A DNA stretch of 64,000 nucleotides from Candidatus Micrarchaeota archaeon. Its GTDB lineage: Archaea; Micrarchaeota; Micrarchaeia; Anstonellales; Bilamarchaeaceae. Location: positions 3,001-67,000 of the forward strand of contig JBGFRX010000028.1 in NCBI GenBank assembly GCA_041694885.1. The letters are read 5' to 3'. The notes below the pieces were generated by a model. That model had not been told where the DNA came from. It worked only from the letters and a program-made list of their open reading frames with translations, and searched no databases. How positions within the stretch are numbered: the first letter of the stretch is position 1; each line of letters opens with the position of its first letter. Shown piece after piece: positions 26,711 through 35,693 of this stretch. The translations under genes and the position numbers were made by a program.

Positions 26711-28558
26711 TCATTTTCCACTGCGCAGTATCTTTTGGAATGTGATCTGGTTCTCGCTCAAAGCGTTGCTGAATATATCCGTAAGTTTCTGGTCGTACCA
26801 CTTTCCCTTTTCTCGGAAATCGTTCAATATATAATCCACCGTTTGTGGAGGCCTGTAAATCCTTTCGCTTGCAAGCGTATCGAACGAGTCCGCAATCCTG
26901 AGGATCCGGGCACCGATGGGAATGCTCTCTCCATTGATGCCAAAATAGCCGCTGCCGTCGAAGTTTTCATGATGATATTTGGCTATGTTTCCTATGTCGT
27001 TGATATCTTTTTCAGATACGCCCTGAAATTTCCCGCGGACTTTTTCTAGAATATCGGGGCTCTGGTGCGCGTGCGATTTAATCGACATAAATTCTTCTTC
27101 AGAAAGCTTGCCCGCTTTCCTCAAATGCTTGTTATCAACCCCAATCTTCCCAACATCGTGGATCAACGCGGCCATCTTGATTTTTGCCTTTTCCCTTGCC
27201 GGCAGGTCGAGATGGTCAAGTACCTGTTCAGTATATTGGAAAACTCTGAGATTATGCCCGTACTTGGAATAAGGCGCTCTCTCCGAGACGTCCACGAGGG
27301 AGAGCAGCGCTTCGGAATATTTTGCCTTCGTAGCTTCGTCCCAGCCAAGCTCACCTGCAACTTTGGAAAATGAGCTGCGCCATACCTCCATGTCTCTTAG
27401 CCTATCTTTGAACATGAGTTGGACCGACCTGTCGCTTATCCACGTCTTATCCAGGATATTGTCCAAAATCACCTTTTTGGTCTGCTCATCAAGAGGTAGG
27501 CCCATTATCAATCTGCGGGGCGCATCTATGAATTTCTGGTACGTCTCTCTGGACAACATCCCTCCGGTTTGGTCTGCAAGGATGGTCTGGGCTGTCCTAC
27601 TGAGCTGGATTACCCCATCTTTGAGCACCTCCAAACTCTCTTTCGTAAGCCCTTTCCTCAGTGCATCCGTAAGCGCGGTTTTTGCTCTTATGACAAGCGG
27701 CTTCAGAGGCCTGAACGCAGCATAGGTCGCTATGCTGTCAAAGGCGAAAACATACATGCTCAGGCGCAAGTAAGCCATGTTTTCCGCGTTGGGGTTTTCG
27801 TATGCCCTCTTGAACGCTCCCTTGACCATTTGCGCTGTCCCTATTGGAGTTATTGATTTTACAAGTTCCACTGGTTTCGTAATCGCTTCATTCCCGAAGT
27901 TGAGAACCCATAAACCAGGCGTTGAGATCACTCTGTAGAACGAACTCCAGTAGCCCTTTTCGTCATAAGCTCCTTCAACCTCTTTCATCCAGCTCGAGAA
28001 TGAGGTCTTGATTGCCTTTCCTACGATATCGCCAGCTGTTATATTCTGCTCATTGAACTCTTTAAGAAAAGCGGGTATGAAGGTTGCGGTCTTTTTATTT
28101 GTAAATTCTATTGGTTTTTCATCAGCAGTTATAATTTCCATGAATTTCGCATATTCCGCCTTTACGGTCTTGGAAATCTCCTGGTCTTTCTCAATCTGTG
28201 TCGCATATTTTTTGTACAGGTCTTTGTGTTGCGCCGTGAGCCCGTCTAAGGAGAATTGCCGGTAACCGCTCTCTATTGTACCGAAGATATTTTGCTCCCT
28301 GTGCCGTATTTCCTCCTCGTGGTTAGTAAGAGTTATTTTGATTTTCTTTATCGTTTCGAAAACAGCGTGGCGGTCGCCTTTCTTTTCCCTTATCAGGCGC
28401 TCAAGGGTGCCGATGTGCGGCTCAATTTTCTTTGCAAGCTTGGCTGTTTCAGGAGCGGTTTTCAGCTTGTCGAATTCAACGCGGATTTGCTGGGCATCCT
28501 TGAAAGTCAGTTTTTCCTTCTTTTCGGCTTCGTCTACTGCTTCTTTGAACGCCTGCAT
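26711..28558 (-). CDS. HD-GYP domain protein with a large N-terminal domain of unknown function
   Basis: 615 aa. The C-terminal 180 aa carry ALIHDVGKIG ... HHENFDGSGYF ... IPIGARILRIADSFDTLASERIYR. These correspond to the HD, HHExxDGxGYP and downstream conserved segments of HD-GYP phosphodiesterases. The N-terminal 430 aa have no recognisable motif. Confidence 0.7.
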   Translation of the reverse strand: MQAFKEAVDEAEKKEKLTFKDAQQIRVEFDKLKTAPETAKLAKKIEPHIGTLERLIREKKGDRHAVFETIKKIKITLTNHEEEIRHREQNIFGTIESGYRQFSLDGLTAQHKDLYKKYATQIEKDQEISKTVKAEYAKFMEIITADEKPIEFTNKKTATFIPAFLKEFNEQNITAGDIVGKAIKTSFSSWMKEVEGAYDEKGYWSSFYRVISTPGLWVLNFGNEAITKPVELVKSITPIGTAQMVKGAFKRAYENPNAENMAYLRLSMYVFAFDSIATYAAFRPLKPLVIRAKTALTDALRKGLTKESLEVLKDGVIQLSRTAQTILADQTGGMLSRETYQKFIDAPRRLIMGLPLDEQTKKVILDNILDKTWISDRSVQLMFKDRLRDMEVWRSSFSKVAGELGWDEATKAKYSEALLSLVDVSERAPYSKYGHNLRVFQYTEQVLDHLDLPAREKAKIKMAALIHDVGKIGVDNKHLRKAGKLSEEEFMSIKSHAHQSPDILEKVRGKFQGVSEKDINDIGNIAKYHHENFDGSGYFGINGESIPIGARILRIADSFDTLASERIYRPPQTVDYILNDFREKGKWYDQKLTDIFSNALSENQITFQKILRSGK

Positions 28559-28651
28559 GGTGCTACTTTTTGGTAACTGCTTAAAAATCTACCGATAACG
28601 TCGATAAATCGAATCTCGATTTTCGGCAATTTCTGCCATCGGAATTTTTGT

Positions 28652-28766
28652 TCGCCCAGGGTAAAGTTTTTTCGATCCTGCGAAAAAAATGGGGGGTGTG
28701 GATTAACTTCATAAAATCGCATTTTATATCGTAAGTTCGAACTGTCATGGAAAAATCCAAGCGCTT
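28652..28766. repeat. intergenic repeat family B, copy 2
   Basis: See copy 1. It lies about 45 bp upstream of the signal-peptide ATG at 28812. Confidence 0.8.
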
Positions 28767-28811
28767 GTGTGATAGGTGGGTAATTTAAATTTTTTATTCA
28801 TTTATAGACGC

Positions 28812-30113
28812 ATGAGAAAAACAACCCTGCTCTTCCTCCTTACCCTCATTCTCCCTTTGTTCGCCGCAGTTGAATGCGTCCCAGGTTTTGAAGAGACAGC
28901 GGCAATACAGGTTGTGGACGCGAGAGTAAGGCCCATAGCGAACGCGAGCGTGCAGATAACCTACCAATTGGACAAAACGACCGGAAAAGGGTACACGACA
29001 ACTGCGCCCAAACTCACTGCTGCTGACGGAACCGTTACCTTTGTTTTCAGGAACCAGGAGATAATAAAGGAAAGGGTGGACTGCGAATACACGATAATCG
29101 CAAGCTACGACAACAAGAAAGTGGAGCAGAAGGTTACTGTTGGTAAGCACGCACAGACGATAACCGTGCAGATGAATGCGTACCTCCTGAGCATACAGGC
29201 GATTGACCAGGACGGAAACGCGCTTACTGGCGCGGAACTCATTGTGCGGGATATAAGGAAAAAAGCCGGGGGAGACGGAAAAGTTGGAATGATTTTAGGA
29301 AATGGAAGCGCGAACGTCACACTGAGGTACGGGGATGGAAGCGTTTCCCGACTGATTCAGATAAGCAATGATACCGACTATTCTTTTCAGGTTGGTGTTT
29401 ACTGGCTCGGAATTTATGTTGTGGATGACGCGAACATGCCCCTTGATGCGCTCATGAACATAAGCGGGAAAATCCTCTACACCAATGTGGATGGATATGC
29501 AGAAGTGAAGAAGCTGCTCACTGCAAGACCAGAAGTGAAAATAACTTACCGGGGAGTGGAGAAAACGCTTGACACCGACCTTGCAGTGCAGGACACGTAT
29601 TACGCAGTATACGACCTCCATGCTCCAAAAATATCCAATCTTGGAGCGAGAAACGATGACGGGAGCATAGTACTCGACATGTATGTTGTTGATGAAGGCG
29701 TGAGGGCAAGCGGCCTCGCTCCTGACGGAATAAAGGTCTCCTACTCTTTCGGTGGCACGGATTATTCCGCGCCTGTTTACGTGAAGGCAAGGCACAAGTA
29801 CGAGGCGCTCCTCTCCGGAATTGAGAAGGAGGGAGTGGTGGAAATTGCCATAAGCGCAAGGGACAATGAAGGCAACATAAGGAGCGTGAAGGGCTATTTC
29901 TCCGTGATGCACGAGAGCAATAAAACAGAAGGAGGAAATGAGACGCCAAATGGAAGAGAAAACGGAAACGAAACAGGCAGAACTGATGAAGCACCTGGCG
30001 TTGGGGGAAGCGGATTTTCCATGGAGCCGTTGCACATACTCGGGGTCGGAATTGCCATAATAATAGGGCTTATAGTGGTAAGCTACATACGTGAAAAATT
30101 CTCCAGCTCTTAG
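28812..30113 (+). CDS. hypothetical secreted beta-rich protein with C-terminal TM anchor
   Basis: Signal peptide MRKTTLLFLLTLILPLFAAV; an earlier ATG exists at 28776. Repetitive beta-strand-like segments. The C-terminal segment NKTEGGNETPNGRENGNETGRTDE is followed by TM LHILGVGIAIIIGLIVV. Confidence 0.5.
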   Translation: MRKTTLLFLLTLILPLFAAVECVPGFEETAAIQVVDARVRPIANASVQITYQLDKTTGKGYTTTAPKLTAADGTVTFVFRNQEIIKERVDCEYTIIASYDNKKVEQKVTVGKHAQTITVQMNAYLLSIQAIDQDGNALTGAELIVRDIRKKAGGDGKVGMILGNGSANVTLRYGDGSVSRLIQISNDTDYSFQVGVYWLGIYVVDDANMPLDALMNISGKILYTNVDGYAEVKKLLTARPEVKITYRGVEKTLDTDLAVQDTYYAVYDLHAPKISNLGARNDDGSIVLDMYVVDEGVRASGLAPDGIKVSYSFGGTDYSAPVYVKARHKYEALLSGIEKEGVVEIAISARDNEGNIRSVKGYFSVMHESNKTEGGNETPNGRENGNETGRTDEAPGVGGSGFSMEPLHILGVGIAIIIGLIVVSYIREKFSSS

Positions 30114-30181
30114 AAAGCTTTATAAATATGCAACCCATAATTGTATATTAGTTCTGATGTAAAATTGTGTGAACCCTGCGT

Positions 30182-30937
30182 TTGAGAAATGGTGGTGGCA
30201 TGCCGAGAGGAAAAAAAATCATAATCGACAGGAAGATCAAAGACGAGTACGTGGACACGCTCAAATCCATGAACCTCGAGAAGATAAAAGGCACTTATGA
30301 GGATAGGCAGGACTCGATTTCCTCATCGCTCGCCAATGTATTCAACGAAGCCCAGAAGCTCTACCAGAAGAAGGAGCTCAACGACGAGATCCTGGAAAAG
30401 AAAGGGCTTTACACTATCCAGAATGCCTACGAATTGCTGAGGCACAACGGCTTCGACATATCCTTCAGGGCATTCGGTGGAAGGGTAGAGAGGGGAACGA
30501 TAACCTCGGTGAAGGTTGGCAAGAAGAGATACATACCGATGGATGCGCTCAACACCATGATGAACATAAAGGATGAATTCTACTCCGTGAAGAATGCGTT
30601 CGAAACGTACAGGAAATTCAACTCCAGGATAAACTACAGGGCATTCATAGGCAGGGTGGAGAAGAAATCCATTCCTTCGGTGAAGATAGGCACAAAGCGG
30701 CTCATTCCGCGTGGCGCTGTTGACGCGCTCACTCATGTGGCGAAAACGTATTATACTGTGAGTCAGGCGATACAACAGCTCCACAAGTCCGGAATTGGGA
30801 TAAAGAGGAACGCGTTCGAAAGGCGTTTGGATAGGAGCAGGATCCCGCACGTGAAGATTGCAGGAAGAAGGTTCATTCCGATGGACGTGCTCGACGAGCT
30901 GGTGGACAAGGAGCTCGCGCTCAAGGAGAAGAAATAA
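30182..30937 (+). CDS. DNA-binding protein with three tandem excisionase/MerR-like HTH (HTH_17-like) repeats
   Basis: Three repeats of about 57 aa: YTIQNAYELLRHNGFDISFRAFGGRVERGTITSVKVGKKRYIPMDAL / YSVKNAFETYRKFNSRINYRAFIGRVEKKSIPSVKIGTKRLIPRGAV / YTVSQAIQQLHKSGIGIKRNAFERRLDRSRIPHVKIAGRRFIPMDVL. Confidence 0.55.
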   Translation: MRNGGGMPRGKKIIIDRKIKDEYVDTLKSMNLEKIKGTYEDRQDSISSSLANVFNEAQKLYQKKELNDEILEKKGLYTIQNAYELLRHNGFDISFRAFGGRVERGTITSVKVGKKRYIPMDALNTMMNIKDEFYSVKNAFETYRKFNSRINYRAFIGRVEKKSIPSVKIGTKRLIPRGAVDALTHVAKTYYTVSQAIQQLHKSGIGIKRNAFERRLDRSRIPHVKIAGRRFIPMDVLDELVDKELALKEKK

Positions 30938-30978
30938 TTTTTTTCTTTCAGCCATTATCCCATTATTTTAAATCTTGG

Positions 30979-33492
30979 TTGCCAATTTTACCCATGGCGA
31001 GGAGAAAGGCCGTATTTCTGGACGCGGACTACATTTACAGGAACGGAAGGACGTATGCGCGGCTCCTGGTGAAGGGAAAGAAAACCGCGCGACTGCTCTA
31101 CCCCTACGACCCCTACTTCTACTGTGACGCGCCCGAAGAGAAAAAATCGGATATTGCAAAACTCGCAGTTGGCAGGAACGGCGAGCTGATAAAGGTAAAA
31201 CAAGTCGAAATGGTTGAAAAAATACTGCATGGGCAAAAAAGGAAATTGCTGAAGATTTACTGCAACAAGCCAGCTGATGTGGTTGCGCTCAGGCAAACCA
31301 TTCCCTTCAAGTGCTACGAACACGGAATACATTATGCAAAAAGGTTCATGCTCGATTTCAACATAATGCCTTTTGCGGTTCTCGAATACGAGCGCGAGAA
31401 GTGCGAGATAAAAAAAATTTTGAAGATAGGGGAAAACGAAAAGCAGGAATCGGAAATTCATCTTAAAAAAATGGCTTTTGATATTGAAACATACAACCCT
31501 TTGGGCGCGCCGCGCGAGAAAAAGGATCCTGCGATAATGATAAGCTATGCATGCGGCGATGGCGCAATTGGGGCAAAGGAAGCGGCTGGAAAAGAGGGAA
31601 TAAACAGAGGAGGGGAGAAGGGCGTATTCATCTACAAGTATAACGAGAAAAAATTCATCCATCTTTCCAACGACGAAAAGGAGATGATATCGGATTTCGC
31701 GGCAAAGGTCAGGGAAATTGATCCGGACATAATTTACGGATACAACTCGAGCAATTTCGACCTTCCCTATCTCAAGGCAAGGGCTGATGTAGTTGGGGCA
31801 AAAATAGAGATGGGGAGAGATGGAAGCGAATTCAGGAAGATAAAGAAGGGGATGGTGAATGGGGCGAAAATCAACGGGCGGATACACATAGACATCTATC
31901 CGCCCATACGGCTCTTCGGGTTCATAGGGCTTGTGAAAGGGAGGGAATTCACTCTTCAAAGGATATACGAAGAGATAACTGGAAAGAAAAAGAAGATGGT
32001 GAAGCGGCTGAACATATGGGAGATGTGGGATAAGGGAATGCTCGACGAGCTTGCGGAATATTCGCTTGGAGATGCAGAAGTTACGCTCGAACTGGGAGAA
32101 AACATACTTCCTCTCCTTGTGGAATTGAGCAGGATTACGAGGATGACGCTTTTCGACACCTCGCTCGCCACGAGCGGACAGCTCGTGGAATCGCTGCTCA
32201 TGCAGGAGTCGCAATTGCGGAACGAGGTGATTCCTTCCAAACCCAGCGAGGCAGAGGCAGGGGAAAGGCAGAAAAACCCAATAGAAGGCGCGTTCGTGAG
32301 GCAACCAGAGCCCGGAATTTATGAAAACATGGCTGTGTTCGATTTCCGCGGTCTGTACCCTTCCATAATCATTTCCTACAATATAGATCCTTCGCGACTC
32401 GTTAAGGAAGAGGAGGAAGGCAGAGAGGGCAACGGCGCTGAAGAGAGCAGGGGGAGCGGAAGGGGCGAAACGAACGTTTTTGTTTCCCCAACAGGCGCGA
32501 AATTCCTCAAAGGCGGAAAGGGGGTGATTCCTGCAACGCTCGAGCGCCTGCTCAATTTGCGCAGCGGGATAAAGAAGGAGCTCAGGAAGCACGAAAAAGA
32601 AAACGAAGAGTACAAAAAACTTTACGCGAGAAGCCACGCACTCAAGATTCTTGCGAACTCGTTCTATGGTTATCTCGGATATGCGCGCTCGCGCTGGTAC
32701 AGCAGGCCATGCGCGGAAAGCGTTACTGCGTGGGGAAGAAAGCACATTTTGGAAACTATAGAAAAAGCGGAGAAGGCGGGCTTCAACGTGCTTTATTCGG
32801 ACACGGACTCGATATTTCTGCTTCTCGGAAGTAAGAAAAAGGAAGACGCGCTCGCGTTTCTTGATGAAATAAACAGGAACCTGCCGGAAAAGATGGAACT
32901 CGAACTCGAGAACTTCTACTCGAGAGGGGTTTTCGTCTCGAAAAAACAAGAAGAAAGGGGAGCGAAAAAGAAATACGCGCTCCTTGCCGATGATGGAGGC
33001 ATAAAGATAAGGGGCTTCGAGCTCGTGCGACGCGACTGGAGTAATGTAGCGAAAGATACGCAGTACAAGGTGCTCGAAGCGATACTCAAGGAAGGGAGCA
33101 AGGAAAAGGCAGTAGCGATTGTGAAGGAGACGATTGAACGGCTAAAGGGAGGGGAAGTTCCGCTCGAAGAGCTTGTGATATATACGCAACTCACGAAAAG
33201 GCCCGAGGATTACGACGTGATAAGCCCTGAATTGTCTGCTGCGCGCAAGGCGAAGGCGCGCGGAGTCCCTGTTGAGAAAGGAAGCATAATTTCATATGTA
33301 ATCACCAGAGAGGGGAAGAGCATTTCGGAAAAGGCGGAGATTGCTGATTATGCGAAGGACTACGACCCTGACTACTACATAAACAACCAGGTGCTTCCTG
33401 CAGTGATGAAAATACTGAAGGAGCTCGGGTACAGCGAGGACGAACTCAGGAACAGGGGAAAGCAGAAGCAACTGGGGCACTTTTTCGAATAG
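30979..33492 (+). CDS. polB: DNA polymerase, family B
   Basis: Exo I FDIETYNP, Exo II YGYNSSNFDLPYL, motif A DFRGLYPSII, motif B KILANSFYGYLGY, motif C YSDTDS. The long antisense ORF 30988..32949 is a shadow. Confidence 0.9.
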   Translation: MPILPMARRKAVFLDADYIYRNGRTYARLLVKGKKTARLLYPYDPYFYCDAPEEKKSDIAKLAVGRNGELIKVKQVEMVEKILHGQKRKLLKIYCNKPADVVALRQTIPFKCYEHGIHYAKRFMLDFNIMPFAVLEYEREKCEIKKILKIGENEKQESEIHLKKMAFDIETYNPLGAPREKKDPAIMISYACGDGAIGAKEAAGKEGINRGGEKGVFIYKYNEKKFIHLSNDEKEMISDFAAKVREIDPDIIYGYNSSNFDLPYLKARADVVGAKIEMGRDGSEFRKIKKGMVNGAKINGRIHIDIYPPIRLFGFIGLVKGREFTLQRIYEEITGKKKKMVKRLNIWEMWDKGMLDELAEYSLGDAEVTLELGENILPLLVELSRITRMTLFDTSLATSGQLVESLLMQESQLRNEVIPSKPSEAEAGERQKNPIEGAFVRQPEPGIYENMAVFDFRGLYPSIIISYNIDPSRLVKEEEEGREGNGAEESRGSGRGETNVFVSPTGAKFLKGGKGVIPATLERLLNLRSGIKKELRKHEKENEEYKKLYARSHALKILANSFYGYLGYARSRWYSRPCAESVTAWGRKHILETIEKAEKAGFNVLYSDTDSIFLLLGSKKKEDALAFLDEINRNLPEKMELELENFYSRGVFVSKKQEERGAKKKYALLADDGGIKIRGFELVRRDWSNVAKDTQYKVLEAILKEGSKEKAVAIVKETIERLKGGEVPLEELVIYTQLTKRPEDYDVISPELSAARKAKARGVPVEKGSIISYVITREGKSISEKAEIADYAKDYDPDYYINNQVLPAVMKILKELGYSEDELRNRGKQKQLGHFFE

Positions 33493-33526
33493 AATTATTC
33501 CTATTTACTCGTTTGCCAGGAATTCC

Positions 33527-34012
33527 TCAGGATTTCCTGATAAATTTTCTCATCTGGAAACGCTCGTATTCGAATCCGCATTTCTCGTAGGTTTTCAGCG
33601 CTCTTTTGTTTTTCACATGCACCTGAAGTATTGCGGCTTTAAGTTTCTTCCTTTTAAACCATTGATCTGCTTTTATCATGAGGCTGGTGCCCACGCCTTG
33701 CTTCCTAAATTGCATATCCACGAAAACTTCACCCACGTATCCTGTTTTGTCAATAACGTAAACAGGGGGCCGTTTCCCGACTTTGCACGTTATATGACCA
33801 ATGATCTTGCCTCTTTGTTCTGCAACGAAAATTGCAACACGTGGATTTTTGATCTGCTTACGAATGTATCTCCTGTAAAGGTTCACGGCGTTCTTCTTCA
33901 GTTGTTGCCAGCGGGGATCGTAGGCCAAATGCTGCTTCATAAGCTCGGTAAAATGTAAAACAAAAACCGGAACATCCAGGGGTTTCGCCTTCCGTATGGA
34001 AAACCGGCTCAT
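33527..34012 (-). CDS. GNAT family N-acetyltransferase
   Basis: Acetyl-CoA binding motif FRKQGVGTSLM. 161 aa. Its start overlaps the rbcL stop by 4 nt. Confidence 0.75.
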   Translation of the reverse strand: MSRFSIRKAKPLDVPVFVLHFTELMKQHLAYDPRWQQLKKNAVNLYRRYIRKQIKNPRVAIFVAEQRGKIIGHITCKVGKRPPVYVIDKTGYVGEVFVDMQFRKQGVGTSLMIKADQWFKRKKLKAAILQVHVKNKRALKTYEKCGFEYERFQMRKFIRKS

Positions 34013-35427
34013 TCCATAAACACCATCCCGGATTTTCCCTTCCTCAGCACCAATTGTACTAACTTCTTTGCGTTCTTACTTTCGTATTCCAGCTCCTTCT
34101 CAATTTTTTTCGGGTCGAAATAACCCCACACCTTCAGCGCGGCCCTTAGCTCAGGATGGGTTTTCGCATATTGCGGAGCAGGAATTCCTTTCACGAACGC
34201 ATCGATCGACTGCCTCATGGAAATAGCGCCTTTTCTCGTTCCTCCAGGATGGCCGTGAACTCCTGCACCTGCCTGTATGTTCGTGTCCCTTCCGTGTAGT
34301 GCAATGAGCGCATCCACCTTTCCTGCGTCCAGTCCGCCCGACGCGATGGCGAGCATGGGTTTTATATGCGGCGCGAACTCCATTTCCAGGGAACCGAGGT
34401 GGAACTTTTCCCCGACTTTCCGCTGGTCAGCGATCTCGTGCAAGCGCCTTACCATGTTTGGCGCGCCCTCCATTTTTCCCACTCCGGTGCCTATGTGCAT
34501 CTGGTCTATGCCGAGAAGGCGGTAGAATTTCTCGTATATCTGGAAATTTATTCCGAAATCAGCCCTGTTATGGGCTGCGAAGCCCGTGCGGTGTCCGTGG
34601 GTCGCGAACCTGTATTTTTTCGTGAGTTCGAGGATTTCCTGGAGTGCGCTCATTCCCATGATGTAAACGTCCAACATCACTAGCACGTGCTTTTGCAGGC
34701 CCATGGAATTCAGGTAATCTAAGCGTTCGAGCATCCTCGAATACCTGTCAGTAATATTGCTTGAATACAAGTGGTTCTGCCCTGTCTCGCGGCCTGCGTT
34801 TTCAACCGCCTTCGTCGTTTCATGAAGCCGCTCCTTCCATTGGCAGAAATCCTGATCCACGAGGTTTTCGTCGTCCTTCACCAAATCCAAACCGCCCGCG
34901 TACGCTTCATAGGCAACGTGCGCCCATTCCTTCGCGGTCAGGCCCACCTTGGGTTTCACTATCGTGCCGATGTGCGGACGACGGGATTTTTCGGTTCCTG
35001 CCATTTTCCTTATTCCTTCAAGCCCTGCATAAGGCCCTGTGAACTGCATCTGATACTTTTTCGGAAACGAAATGTCGAAAATGTAAAGCTCTTCGAGTTC
35101 CTTCAGACCGAAAATATTCCCGAGCACCGATGCATGGAACTGCATCACGTTCTTGTAGTCAAAATGCTCGAGCGGATAGGCGATGCGCATAAAGCCGCTG
35201 TTCTTGCCCACTTTATTTATGCAAAATACTCTTGCGCGGTAGTGCTTCCACACCCTCTCATTCATCGTGCTTAATTTCGTCCAGGAGCCCACGCTGCTCT
35301 CTGCTGCTATTGCTTCCGCTATTTTTTCAATGGGCATTTTTCCCTTTGCCCATATCAGGACTACAAAGTCGTTCTCCCTGTCCGGTTCGTACTTCAAATC
35401 CAGATAGCTGTAGCCGCCGTATACCAT
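34009..35427 (-). CDS. rbcL: ribulose-1,5-bisphosphate carboxylase/oxygenase large subunit, form III (archaeal type)
   Basis: KPKVGLTAKEWAHVAYEAYAGGLDLVKDDENL contains the carbamylated Lys and the DDE metal ligands. His pair ATHGHRTGF. C-terminal loop-6 region. No small-subunit gene is present. Confidence 0.85.
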   Translation of the reverse strand: MVYGGYSYLDLKYEPDRENDFVVLIWAKGKMPIEKIAEAIAAESSVGSWTKLSTMNERVWKHYRARVFCINKVGKNSGFMRIAYPLEHFDYKNVMQFHASVLGNIFGLKELEELYIFDISFPKKYQMQFTGPYAGLEGIRKMAGTEKSRRPHIGTIVKPKVGLTAKEWAHVAYEAYAGGLDLVKDDENLVDQDFCQWKERLHETTKAVENAGRETGQNHLYSSNITDRYSRMLERLDYLNSMGLQKHVLVMLDVYIMGMSALQEILELTKKYRFATHGHRTGFAAHNRADFGINFQIYEKFYRLLGIDQMHIGTGVGKMEGAPNMVRRLHEIADQRKVGEKFHLGSLEMEFAPHIKPMLAIASGGLDAGKVDALIALHGRDTNIQAGAGVHGHPGGTRKGAISMRQSIDAFVKGIPAPQYAKTHPELRAALKVWGYFDPKKIEKELEYESKNAKKLVQLVLRKGKSGMVFME

Positions 35428-35480
35428 AAGATCACCTGCATTTCAGTTCTGTGTAAAAGTTTATAATTCCCCACCTCACG

Positions 35481-35569
35481 TCAGTAGACGATTGTCGGTT
35501 TCTTAGTTTCCCGTTTCCGGTTCAGAACGTCTTTAGGCACATGCTGAGGAATGTCTTAAACCGCGAAAT
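35481..35569. repeat. intergenic repeat family A, copy 2
   Basis: 94% identical to 7885..7973. It lies between the divergent rbcL and amino-acid-kinase genes. Confidence 0.8.
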
Positions 35570-35693
35570 CGCCGAGATAGGGAAATCTTGAACTCGTACT
35601 CCGCTCGCGTAAGAGTTTAAATACGTTCAGTTTCCCTAACATATTGTTTCTCTACGAACATCTACGAATAGTAATTCATAAAGGTGAAGACAA

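Noticed and set aside
30988-32949. 653-aa ORF antisense to polB
   Set aside because: Its composition is low-complexity and rich in Leu, Phe, Arg and Cys. It lies entirely opposite a gene with strong PolB motifs, which is the classic shadow-ORF situation.
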